DNA of 64,000 nucleotides from Octopus vulgaris (lineage: Eukaryota): the NCBI GenBank assembly GCA_951406725.2, contig OX597815.1, positions 187,178,001 to 187,242,000 of the forward strand, written 5' to 3'. Both the position numbers and the translations under genes were made by a program. The first letter of the stretch is position 1. Every line of letters begins with the position of its first letter. Below are positions 51,951 through 64,000 of the stretch, piece by piece. The notes below the pieces were generated by a model. That model was not told the DNA's origin, did no database searches, and worked only from the letters and a program-made list of their open reading frames with translations.

Positions 51951-52719
51951 TGACAAAAGATAAAAGTTGTTAATACAAACTAAAAAATGTAACAGTGTAC
52001 AGGAATATCTACTTGAAAAGGCTTTGTCCTTTGGTTAGCATACAAGAAATATCTGATTAGCTTTTGTATAAATAATTGGAATACTCTGACAAAAGCAATA
52101 AAAATGCTTTGACCAATATTTGACATTATACTTGCATGTAATTAGGCCATTAGCATGCTGGCAGCTTTAAATGAAAACCTTATTTTGCAATTCAATAACT
52201 TAAATTTTAGTAGATGCTTTTATCTGAAAAAAAAAAAATTACATTTTTTTAAAAAAGAAAACCCTTTTAATATGAATGTTTAGTTAATACTTTCTTTTTA
52301 ATAATTTTTAAAAAGGAAATGATAGCTCTAAAAAAATTCAAAATTTATTAAACACCGAACATGTAATATAGGTTAGAGAGCTGGAAGAAACGGTAAAGTG
52401 TTAGACTAGATGTTTTATAGTATGTACCTTCATGCACCATTTATTCTGTTTCATTTTCCAAATCCAATAAAATAAATCAGAACAAATACTGCAGTCAATT
52501 CGAATGACTGTAGTTTTATTTCCTTCATAAAACTGGCCTGTCACCTTGTCGAAAGAAATCATTATCAATACAGTATGAAAAAAGCATAGAGAAGCAAACA
52601 CCAGAGCACTGAAGTAGGCACTTTCCAGTATTTAGTGTCCTCTCTGTGTACCCGGGTTCTAGTCTGGATGCAGTCAGTTTTGCTTTTTATACCTCTGGGG
52701 TTGATAAAATGATCCATGT

Positions 52720-53000
52720 CAGTGCCACATAAAAAAGGACCCATACGAATACTAAACACAAAGTGCTGATGCTGGTGCCACATAAAAAGCACCCATGCTG
52801 GTGCTATATATGGAAGTACCTGTTCCCGTGTCACATAAAGCGCACCTATACAAGTATCATGTATAAAGCACCTATGTTGGTGCCATATAAAAAGCACCTG
52901 TGCTGGTGCTATGTATGGAAGCACCTGTTCCAGTGTCACAAAGAGCACCTGTGCCAGTGTCATGTATAAAGCACCTGTGCTGGTGCCACATCAAAAAAGA
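52720..53000 (+). repeat. Degenerate ~30 bp minisatellite (GTGCTGGTGCCACATAAAAAGCACCT-like) within a retroposon
   Basis: About 9 contiguous diverged units; the motif is also present singly in family-B elements. Confidence 0.75.
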
Positions 53001-53925
53001 ACCCAGTACACCTTATAAAGTGGTTCGGCAAGAGAGACCAATAGAATAAGTACTAGGCTTACAAAGAATAAGTCCTGGGGGTCGATTCGCTCGACTAAAG
53101 GCGGTACTCCAGCACGGCCGCAGTCAAATGACTGAAACAAATAGAAGAATAAAAAAATAAAAGTATACATATATGCACACACACACACAAGAATTAAAAA
53201 GAGGATTCCGATTAGAATCAGGTACTTGAAAGGTATGCACCAGGTAGGGTTGAGTAATGTCTGTGGTCCCAGCCAATGTTTGTTTTGAGTCGAGATATCA
53301 GATAGGATATTTCAGAAAAAAACCAACCTTATGAGTACTTAGCGCATAAGGGGCTGATCCATTCTACATGTTACCTTGAGCAGTACATTATTTGTATACT
53401 CTAGGGTATCCAATAAGTAGTAAATTCCCTTGGTGTATTGTAATCAAATGAATAAAACACATGATTATTACCTGTGACTATTGTCCTGACTTGCTTTACC
53501 TGATTTATTCCAAGATGGTTATACCATCCAAATTTTGATATCATCGCCACCCCTTTAACATGCTATAGTTTATCATTAGACTACACCATGTAGCTGACTT
53601 CTCCTGATATCTGATCTAATATATTTTTTCCTCTAACTCCATACTAGGCATAGTTTATTATATAATCCCACCTAGCTTTAAATTTGTACATTAAAATTTT
53701 TAATTCATTTATTGTAAATTTTAAACTCTTTACGCTGCCTTCTACTTTACTATAACTTTGATTCTATACAGTTTGGTGGCCCCTACTCGCCCCCCCTCCA
53801 GTCTTCCCAACAATTAACCACTTATACCCCTAAGTTTTCTGTGTTTCTTTTAACCATTATATAGGGATTCCTATACCCCAACCCTACTCTGAATGGACTC
53901 TTATATTGTTATTGCATTTTCTCAA

Positions 53926-54507
53926 GGCGAGGGGCTGGCAGAAACGTTAGCACACTGGGCAAAATGCTTAGCAGTATTTCATCTGCAGCTACGTTCTGAG
54001 TTCAAATTCTACCGAGGTCGACTTTGCCTTTCATCCGTTCGGAGTCGATTAAATAAGTACCAGTTATGCACTGGGGTCGTCGATATAATCGACTTAATCC
54101 GTTTGTCTGTCCTTGTTTGTCAAAGAAATAGGTATTTCATCTGTCTTTACATTCTGAGTTCAAATTCTGCCGAGGTCTTTCATCCTTTCGGGGTCAATAA
54201 ATTAAGTACCAGTTGCATACTGGGATCAATCTGATCGACTGCCCCCCACTCCACCAAAATTTCAGGCCTTGTGCCTAGAGTATAAAAGAGTTTCAAAGGT
54301 GGCGAGCTGGCAGAATCATTAGCACATCGGGCGAAATGCATAGCAGCATTTCATCTGTCCTTACGTTCTGAGTTCAAATTCTGCTGCAGTCAACTTTACC
54401 TTTCATCCTTTCGGGTTTGATAAATTAAGTACCAGTTGCATACTGGGTCAATCTGATCAACTGCCCCCCCTCTCCCAAAATTTCAGGCCTTGTGCCTAGA
54501 GTAGAAA
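53926..54507 (+). mobile_element. Three tandem units of SINE family C (others at 5928-6142 -, 6757-6912 -, 16351-16552 +, 17420-17605 -, 28357-28920 +, 32220-32460 -, 58056-58172 -)
   Basis: GGCGAGCTGGCAGAA head, GAGTTCAAATTC B-box, conserved GCCTTTCATCCTTTCGGGGTCGATAAATTAAGTACCAG core. Confidence 0.85.
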
Positions 54508-55023
54508 AAAAATTATTGTATTTCCTCATGTTTTCATTTTCTTTTTATATTTTTTACCTCATTATCTTTTTTAATTTTCTTTTACCCTAGGGTTGATTCA
54601 TTTATCTCTTTTTTTCCCCCCTTAATAGTTTTTTATGACCTCTCCTAATCATCACTAAAATCTACTATAAATTATTTTCAAAACCCCATTCACCTCTGCC
54701 CCTGTTCTAGTCCAACAGACTCCTTCTCTCCTCCATGGGGTGGGGGAGGCACTGACCTTAGATATCATATTACACTCTTTCAAGAACTGGTTAGAATTGT
54801 TGGTCATTTCCCTTTCATAGCTGGCCTCCACAGACACATCTCTGCTGCATTCTTGGGTTACCCCTTCTTTCTGTAAACATTAAGTTCTCATCTGATGATT
54901 AAGGTCTTTTATGATGATGTGGTGTATCTCATTATTCATTATTCATTATTCATTAAAAGTTACATAATTAACAACTGTAATGAGCTGACAATCATCCATC
55001 ATACATTTTTATTCATTTGATTA

Positions 55024-55062
<39 letters not shown>

Positions 55063-55084
55063 ACAAATAATTTATAAACATATA

Positions 55085-55489
55085 GGCATAGGAGTAGCTG
55101 TGTGGTAAGTAGTTTGCTTGCGAACCACATGGTTCCGGGTTCAGTCCCACTCTATGGCACCTTGGACAAGCGTCTTCTACTATAGCCTCGGGCCAACCAA
55201 AGGCTTGTGAGTGGATTTGGTAGATGGAAACTGAAAGAAGCCCATCGTATATATGTATACATATATATATATGTATGTGTGTGTATATGTTTGTGTGTCT
55301 GTGTTTGTCCCCCCAACATCGCTTGACAACCGATGCTGGTGTGCTTATGTCCCCATAACTTAGCGGTTCGGCAAAAGAGACCGATAGGCTTACAAAGAAT
55401 AAGTCCTGGGGTCGATTTGCTCGACTAAAAGGCGGTGCTCCAGCATGGCCACAGTCAAATGACTGAAACAAGCAAAAGAGAGTAAGAGT
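55085..55489 (+). mobile_element. SINE family A
   Basis: Full head-to-tail match. Confidence 0.9.
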
Positions 55490-55589
55490 ATATGATTATT
55501 GAATTGGATAAATTATCAGAGAAGCCTTTTCTATTAATTTTTTTCAAGTATATGATATTGTACTAAGGACTTTCTCTTTCTAATTCTAC

Positions 55590-55640
<51 letters not shown>

Positions 55641-56229
55641 TGGGCTTCTTTCAATTTCCACCTTAAAATCCACTTGCAATGCTTTGGTCAGTCCAATGTT
55701 ATAACCGAAGATAGTTGCCCAAGACAGCATACAGTGGGACTGAACCTGGATCTTCTGGATAGGAAGAAAACTACTTACTGCACAGCCAGGCCTGTGCCAT
55801 CATAGTTATTAATCATCGTGATACCGACAAAGTGTGAAGATTAGGAACTAAGAACATGATACTGTTTTAAGATTAAAATCATACCACATCTGACATTGCC
55901 TTTAATCCTTCTAGAATAAGTAAAAATAGATATCTGTAGGATACTGAGATTGAATCACCAGGTTAGCTGCAGCCCTACCTAAAAATAATGGGCTCATGCT
56001 TAGTCACAAGAAATCATTATTATATCATTAATAATCATTAATAAATTGAGATTATATTCTGAAAATGGAAATATCCGGTCATATTTAGAACTGTTGTTGT
56101 AAACAAATATGTAATTTAAGGTAATATAAATTCATTATATATATTCAAAATGAAAATTGTTTCCAGTGTATTCTTCAAAGCTGTTCTAGTGTGGGACAGT
56201 ATATATATACTCACATGCACACACAGAAA

Positions 56230-56373
56230 AAAATATATATATATATGCATACACACACACACACACACACATTTATATATAAATATATTATATATACATA
56301 TATGTACATGAATTGCTTCATGGTGGTTCTTCTCTAATTTATATACATACATATATAAATATACATACATACA

Positions 56374-56404
<31 letters not shown>

Positions 56405-56680
56405 TTATATACACACACACACGTGCATACATGCATACACACACACATTTATATATAAATATATTATATATACATATATGTTATATTATATATAAATATA
56501 TGTACACACATGTCTATACATATATGATTACATAAATACACACACACATATATATATATATACACAGATACACACGTATTACACATATATACATGCATGC
56601 ATACATACATACATACATACATACACACATACATACATACATACATACATACAAACATACACACATACATACATATACAT
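56230..56680. repeat. (CATA)n/(CA)n/(TA)n compound microsatellite
   Basis: Direct reading. Confidence 0.9.
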
Positions 56681-57760
56681 TCTTTTAACATATGGAGAAT
56701 GTTTAGCTTGCACAGTATTTTTACTTTATTGTAAAATCCGACAGAAGAAAAAAGAATCATCGTATTCATTGCAAATTAACCTGAATAAATATGATTCGAT
56801 TACTGAATAGGGAAAAATACTGATATTCTAAAGAAAATAGAACAACACACATCAACTTGATAATATAAAATGTCATGATAGAATTTTAGATTTTCTGCAT
56901 GGAAACCAATGTCAGCAACTATTTTGTAAAAAATATTCCTCTGCATATAGTTATATTATTCTTCATAATCGTCAGTGTGTAATGTGTACTGGCATTAAAA
57001 TAAATACATTTGTTTCATGAAAAAGTCAATTCACAAGTGAACTTAATTAAATAAAAGAGTCAAAAGCTTTTAAGAAGCATAAAGAGAACATATTGATTTT
57101 TCCAATAACATAATGCGAGAACAGTTTATTTTGATTATCTCACCAATTATCATAAAATTTTAAAGCAAATATTACCTCTGTATAGTTTCTATTTTAGTGT
57201 TTTCATTGAAATGAAAATTTCATTTACTTGGACACACAAAATCAATTTCTATCATCCTTATATCTATATCCAATAAACAGACTAATGTTTATGATTGATG
57301 GCGACTAGTTAAAATATACATAACAGTATAACCATTTCTGATCAGTAATGCAAAAACTTTTTGCCATTTCACAAGGTAAAAATTGGCAAATCCACTTATG
57401 ATACTGTATTCTGTTTATGAAAAGTATTTTTATGAGATTGTATGTAAATTTTATCAGATTTATTAAAATTTAAATAACAAAACTAACAGAACCTGGTTTG
57501 TTCTTGCTTTTTATAAGTTCTATTTTGTTTTCAAGTCGTGAACAGCGGAAACCATCATCTGATGAAGCTAACTAGTGAATTTGCTTTCCATTCTTTGATG
57601 AAACTACTGCATTTTCTAGCGCACAAGTTGAATTTTCCAGACCAGAGTTTACAACCAAGTCGACATATACACCAAGACAAGTTTGGAGGACCAAAACTTC
57701 CATGCAAAATGCAGCAGGATTTGGAACGATAGCAATGATGTTTGACTATTTATAATGATG

Positions 57761-57801
<41 letters not shown>

Positions 57802-58431
57802 TAAAAAGCACCCACTACGCTCTCGGAGTGGTTGGCATTAGGAAGGGCATCCAGCTGTAGAAACTCTGCCAGATCAAGATTGGAGCCTGGTGCAGCCATC
57901 TGGCTCACCAGCCCTCAGTCAAATTCATCCAACCCATGCTAGCATGGAAAGCGGACGTTAAACGATGATGGTGATGACTACCAACACAATGTCACTAACA
58001 AAAGCTTCTGGTTGCTTAGAATTAGAATTATTATTATTATTACTATTATTATTATATTTCTTTACTGCCCACAAGGGGCTAAACATAGAGGGGGACAAAC
58101 AAGGACAGACAAAGGGATTAAGTCGATTACATCGACCCCAGTGCAAAACTGGTACTTTATTTATCGACCCTGACAGTAATAATAATAATAACTGGAAAGA
58201 GAATGAGAGAAATGATGAGAAGATTAAAATTACAAAAACAAGGAAGAAAAGAAAAGAAAAAAAAAACAAAATTAAAAAACAAAAACAATTGTACAATGAA
58301 AAATGTCACGTGACATGTTTACACTATATCCTGCATCAACTTGTATACTGGAAAATATGTTATTTTGCTTCATTTGAAAATGTATGAATACTAAAACTCT
58401 TGTTTTGCTCCTGTCTCTTAAAATTGCAGGG

Positions 58432-58547
58432 CACATGGGTTCAGTCCCACTGCGTGGCACCTTGGGCAAGTGTCTTCTACTATAGCCTCGGGCTGACCAA
58501 AGCTTTGTGAGTGGATTTGGTAGACGGAATCTAAAAGAAGCCCATCT

Positions 58548-58586
<39 letters not shown>

Positions 58587-58846
58587 AGATAGATAGATAG
58601 ATAGATAGATATATATATGTATGTGTGTGTATATATTTGTGTGTCTGTGTTTGTCCCCCCCCCCAACATCACTTGACAATCAATGCTGGTGTGTTTACAT
58701 CCCCGTAATTTAGGGGTTCGGCAAAAGAGGCTAATAGAATAAGTACTGGGTTTACAAAGAATAAGTCCTGGGATTGATTTGCTTGACTAAAGGTGGTGCT
58801 CTAGCATGGCTGCAGTCAAATGACTGAAACAAGTAAAAGAGTAAAA
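58432..58846 (+). mobile_element. SINE family A, 5'-truncated
   Basis: Body and tail match. Confidence 0.85.
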
Positions 58847-60341
58847 GCGTATGGTTCAATACATGAAGAGAAACGGATTCTTTTGAAATGACTTGACCTT
58901 CATTCATAAAAATAAAGACTTATGAATCTATTGATAAGAGGATATTTAAGTTAACCAAAGTACAATTGTAAAAAAAACAAATTATTTTATTTTTTATCAA
59001 ATTTATTTATCTGAAAGATATTGCAGCAGTATTCATTTCAAGTAACAGCTTTTAACTCTTTGACATTTAAAGCAGCCATATTTGTCCTCAAATATTCTAC
59101 CTAGCCAAATCCAGCCTCTCATGTCTAACCTACAATGTATTTCTTAAAATAAAGAATCACATCATTGAAATTTCAAAGCTATGATATAATGCATGATTAA
59201 TTCAAAACAATGTGAATAAATAAGCATTAGATTTGACAAAGAAATCTGAATGCTTAAAGGATGATACAAAATTTAGAATTTTTTTCACCTTTCTTTTCAG
59301 ATTTTGTTTTCACGAATTAAGCAAATCCAAATTGTTGATAGCTTTGAAATATTACTTTTTGACTGAATATGATACGCAATCTTTATAGAGAGATACTAAA
59401 GCAAGATTAGAGTTAAACTCAAGGTAAAAAGAACGCAAATTCAACACCTTTTTCAGTTTGATTATCAATTTCAACAATCTATTTTATCAACTTTAGATGA
59501 GTGAAAGAAATTTGAAGTTTTTAAAACAAAGAACAAAATAAAACTGAGTCACCAGCATAATTGTAATTAAGCAAATTCTAATTCTATAATCATAACACCC
59601 TTGAGACAATGTGCTAGATATATTTCTAAGGTCAAAGATTTCAGGAATTAGCAATTATTTAAAATCAAATACAGTAATAAAAATGTTATCTCAAAATTTT
59701 TATCTTTAAAAATATAGAAAAAGAAAGAATGAAAAAGTAATTGAAGAATAAATGAGCTCATAGAATGAATTTTAATTAAATTTTCCTTATACTTATAATC
59801 GTACTTTCAAAAGAGTTTTATCCTTTGCACATTTATTTCATGTAAAAACATATAAAATATAATAATGGACATGTTTTTACAAATTGCCATTTTCTGTTTA
59901 GGCTTCTTGACTTTTGAACTAATACAACTAGCATATAAAGTTTAAATTATTTTTGTAATGTATCTGTTTTTGCCAAATCAACTGGCTGGTATCACTGTTA
60001 CGATTACATTGTCAAAATAAAGGTAAAATTGAGGGGGGAAATATGAACAATTACAAAGCAAATACGGGATTTTTCAATGGAACTTTATTGAATTAAAATA
60101 ATATATTAGAATAAAAGTTTCTCAATGTTTCACAAAGGAATTTTGTGGTAAGAAGCTTGCTTCCCAACCACATGGTTTTGGGTTCAGTCCCACTGTGTGA
60201 CACCTTGAGCAAATACCTTGTTATAGCCTCAAGCTGACCAAAGCTTTGTGAGCGGATTTGGTAAACAGCAACTGAAAAAAGTCCATTGTGTATATGTGTG
60301 TGTGTGTGAGTGAGTATGATCCAAACAGTGAGACAAAGAAA

Positions 60342-60733
60342 TCTCTATATATATAAAGCTGAAGTTGTCTGTGTGGCAGGTTTGGTAGCCTTCAACTAAC
60401 ACTATCTCCTCTGAGACCCTGCAGCACAAGTTGACCAAAATTGAGAGTATGGTAGAAGACGGCTTGCTCTTCATTCCGTAGAAGAAAAAATTCAAATCGG
60501 ACCATGTTAACACCAAAAATTATTTACATCAAAAAGGTGCTTTTTTTCTATAAAAATCCCTATTTTTTAACGATTTTTTTGACTGCTGTGTCGCCATTTT
60601 TCAGTGTATTTCAACCAGAAAAATGTTCACTTAAAGAGAATAACAAGCTACATAATGCAAAATTTTTACTTTTCAAAAATTTCAATTCTAAAGGGTCAAA
60701 ACAAACCCGAGCAACGCCGGGCAATACTGCTAG
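60342..60733 (+). mobile_element. Non-autonomous Helitron, same family
   Basis: A|TCTCTATAT...CCCGAGCAACGCCGGGcaatactgCTAG|T. Confidence 0.88.
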
Positions 60734-60945
60734 TAATAAGATAAAGAAATAATCATTTCTTTGTCTTACTATTTGGAATATATTTTACTCTTTGCTTAAA
60801 CCCTCATAACGGTTTTACTACCACAAAACCAGGATTTTCTACACCTAAACAATTTCAATATTAATCTGGAATTCTTCAGTGTTGATAGTGCAGAACTCAA
60901 TTTGGGTGCTGCATTGGAAATATCCTATTTTTATACCCCACCAGG

Positions 60946-60976
<31 letters not shown>

Positions 60977-61599
60977 GCATGTGTGTGTGTGTATGTGTGT
61001 GTCTGTGTATCTGTCCCCACCACTGCTTGATAACTAGTGTTGGTGAGTTTATGACTCTGTAACTTAGCAGTTAGGCAAAAGAGACTAACAGAATAAGTAC
61101 CTGGCTTTTAAAAAAAACATACTGAGGGGTTGATTCATTCAATTAAAAATTCTTCAATGGAGTGCCCCAGCATGGCCACAGTCATGACTGAAACAAGTAA
61201 AAGATAAAAGATAGCCTAATACAATTAAAGTATGGATTATTTCCCACGAAGTTATTTATTTTCTTAAAATGTGTACATTTTGAAGTATAATTAGAAGTTA
61301 TTCTCTATGTCAAGTTGAGTAGATAAATGACCATACTTCAAATTCTAGTGAGCTACTAAGGTCAACAAAATGTTGATAGGTGCAGGCATAATAGAGGTTA
61401 AGAAGTTTGCTTTGCGTTCATGTAGTTTTAGGTTTAGGCCCTCAGTGCATTGCTTCATGCAAGGGCCTTCTTCTTTAACCCCAGGTTTACCAATGCTTTT
61501 TCAGTGAACTTCATATATGGAAATTGTGGGAAATCACATATACTCTTCCCTTCTTAACTTCACCCTATAGCATCACCTTCACAGCTGTTTTTTTTTAAC

Positions 61600-61678
61600 C
61601 CTTCTTCTTCTTCTTCTTCTTCTTCTTCTTCTTCTTCTTCTTCTTCTTCTTCTTCTTCTTCTTCTTCTTCTTCTTCTT
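61600..61678. repeat. (CTT)n trinucleotide repeat
   Basis: Direct reading. Confidence 0.95.
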
Positions 61679-61862
61679 TTCTCTCTCTCTGATTCTACCC
61701 TTTTCTCACTTCCTCTATGTTTTTCTTTTACTTCTGATGAAGGACTAATGTCCAAAATATTAACACACTTTCTCTTTCCATTAAAACATTAAGCTAATGC
61801 TATATTTGTTAAACCTTGTCTCTCCCGTGTCATCTTTTTTATTGTCCATTGTATTTACACTA

Positions 61863-61921
<59 letters not shown>

Positions 61922-62408
61922 ATGCATGTGTATATGTGTGTGCATCCACAAATGTATGCAGATGTTGACAACTTATGCCTTTGTTTGAGTGAAATGGTGA
62001 ATGATTCTTACATTCTTTGCTGACATTATGACCAGTTGCTTTGCACTTTTTGAAGATACATGCAATAAAAAACATCTCTTCCATGAAAAACAGGTAAGGG
62101 TTGGCAATAAGAGTTTCTATCCATGAAAACACCGCCTTAAGTAAATCCCTGTTCAAATCCATGCTAGCATGACAAAATGGATATCAAAGTGTATAAAAAC
62201 AAATTTTAAGTGTAAGAACGATATAAAATGAAAAAAGAAGCAGCTTAACTGACTGAGGATGGGAATTTAAAATATACCTGAAACTAAACTGTTTAACACT
62301 TTAGCATTGAATCCAGCCACCTGAAACCAAATATTTTACCTGTTTTATGTTCAGACTGACCAGATCCTGCCTATCTCATTTACTCTACAATGTCATTTTG
62401 AAAATATA

Positions 62409-62975
62409 TTGGGTTGTCTGGAAAGTTTGTGCCGACTTATAGTAGCTTACCTTTTGACTTTTTTTTAGAACATGGTTGAGTCCATAAAATAGGATTTGAC
62501 TACACCTCCATTTAAAGCACAGTTTAAGCTATCTTTTCGTGGAAGAAGGTTTATGTTCCTATAACCTGTGTTAATTCTGTAACCCTTTAAAATGGAAGAT
62601 AAGAAAGTTCCTTTTCGGCACTTGATGATTTGGGAACTAGACAAAAATTGCTGCAGCTTGGCTGGGATGTGTTACCCCACCCTCCATATTCACCAGATAT
62701 TGCTCCTTTGGATTTCCACTTTTTCAGGTCTTTGCAGAATAGTCTTAATGGTAAAAATTTCAATTCCTTGGTTGACATAAAAAAGATACCTTGAGGAATT
62801 CTTTGCCATGAAACCACCTCAATTCTGGGATGAGGGTACTTTCAAGTTAAAGGAAAGATGGAGACGCATTGTGCAACAAAATGGTTCATATTTGGTTGAT
62901 TAAAAATGTAATGGCAAGTATTTATTGACCTTTTCTTTCCTTTAAAAATAGGCATGAACTTTCCAGACAACCCAA
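62409..62975 (+). mobile_element. Internally deleted mariner (Tc1/mariner) transposon
   Basis: TIRs TTGGGTTGTCTGGAAAGTT / AACTTTCCAGACAACCCAA with TA on both sides. Transposase N-terminus (MEDKKVPFRHLMIWE, ATG 62592) is fused out of frame to a C-terminus LLQLGWDVLPHPPYSPDIAPLDFHFFRSLQNSL...(frameshift)...FWDEGTFKLKERWRRIVQQNGSYLVD*. This carries the mariner YSPDLAPxD motif. Confidence 0.95.
62592..62903 (+). pseudogene. Mariner transposase remnant (large internal deletion plus frameshift)
   Basis: HPPYSPDIAP motif and typical mariner C-terminus; most of the DNA-binding and catalytic region is missing. Confidence 0.9.
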
Positions 62976-63141
62976 TACAATCACATCATTGAAATCTCAA
63001 TGCTAAAAGATGATAAATGATTAGTTGAAAACAATGTGAATAAATAAAAATTACATTTGACAAAGTAATGCGAATACTAAAGGGTTAAACACTAATTTTT
63101 AAGTAGCAACTTCTAAATTAGAAATTCCTCTGGAAAAATTA

Positions 63142-63553
63142 GGCGCAGGAGTGGCTGTGTGGTAAGTAGCTTGTCTACCAACCACATGGTTCTGGGTTCA
63201 GTCCCACTGCGTGGCACCTTGGGCAAGTGTCTTCTACTATAGCCTCGGGTCGACCAAAGCCTTATGGGTGGATTTGGTAGACGGAAACTGAAAGAAGCCT
63301 GTCGTATATATGTATATATATGCATGTGTGTGTTTGTGTGTCTGTGTTTGTCCCCTAGCATTGCTTGACAACCGATGCTGGTGTGTTTATGTCCCCGTTA
63401 CTTAGCGGTTTGGCAAAAGAGACCGATAGAATAAGTACTGGGCTTACAAAAGAATAAGTCCCGGGGTCGAGTTGCTCGATTAAAGGCGGTGCTCCAGCAT
63501 GGCCGCAGTCAAATGACTGAAACAAGTAAAAGAGTAAAAGAGTAAAAAGAGTA
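63142..63553 (+). mobile_element. SINE family A, full length
   Basis: Full head-to-tail match with (TAAAAGAG)n tail. Confidence 0.9.
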
Positions 63554-64000
63554 CTTAATTCTTATTAAATGGGAGTGGCAAATAAATTATGATTTATTAC
63601 GTTTGTGAGCCAAGTTTGGTATATGAACATATATTTTAATTGAAGACAGGTGTTCTACAAAATATTATATATTACAAAATGTTATATTTGTAAATATGTG
63701 TAAAATTCAGGTAGTTTTTCTATTTTCCTTGTTCACATATGCATTTTTAAATTGATATCACATCTAACTGTATATAGGAAATTATTCTTCCATCTGCTAA
63801 CTTGGAAAAAAAATAAATAAATGAAGTAAAAACAAAATATTTTAAAACTATTTTGATACTTAATCTTATTAGCAATCCATAAATTAAATTACAAATTAGG
63901 CTTTTGAAATTTGTAAACAATTAGGTACAAATAATGATATGATGAGTAAGTAATTTGCTATGTAAGTATTTCTGAATGCAGTCTATTTGGAATCCGCTAT

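Larger units (their letters stand above)
62293..63088. mobile_element. TTAA MITE family 2 interrupted by the mariner
   Basis: TTAACACTTTAGCATT...CTAAAGGGTTAA; the host sequence resumes exactly after the TA duplication. Confidence 0.8.

Noticed and set aside
52720-53000. CRISPR-like periodic array
   Set aside because: Contiguous degenerate units without unique spacers, eukaryotic context, no cas genes
53200-54950. Decayed Penelope or LINE coding remnant (KFKARW-like fragment on the minus strand)
   Set aside because: Too degenerate to support by eye; needs a TE protein search
63142-63215. tRNA genes at SINE heads
   Set aside because: tRNA-like A/B boxes, but they continue into the SINE body and lack a proper cloverleaf or terminator

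Overview
AT-rich, microsatellite-dense animal genomic DNA. The SINE and MITE families look like those I recall from octopus (coleoid cephalopod) genomes, but this was not checked by search. The only protein-coding gene I can support is the 5' end of an ARID5B-type gene on the minus strand. Coding exon 1 (45902-45925) encodes MEEDPKLQ. Exon 2 (45274-45525) encodes 84 codons of the N-terminal BAH-like region (FVGSPCGKHGSYIFYKAF...LYFLPKDTP...HGQ). I found no exon 3, so positions 1-45273 appear to be a >45 kb intron 2, and 46-64 kb is upstream sequence. The rest is SINEs of several families, TTAA-flanked MITEs, hAT MITEs, non-autonomous Helitrons, a deleted mariner, Penelope-like remnants and microsatellites. 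Nearly all ORFs in the supplied track are repeat artefacts. Most notable observations: (1) a dense uORF cluster before the ARID5B start, including an out-of-frame ORF that stays open for 96 codons across the exon 1-2 junction; (2) a ~270 bp near-perfect intronic palindrome; (3) hammerhead-core-like motifs; (4) a structured GC-rich insert in a MITE; (5) several locally templated insertions and duplications. I see no conclusive evidence of a new multi-gene system; these are candidates to test.
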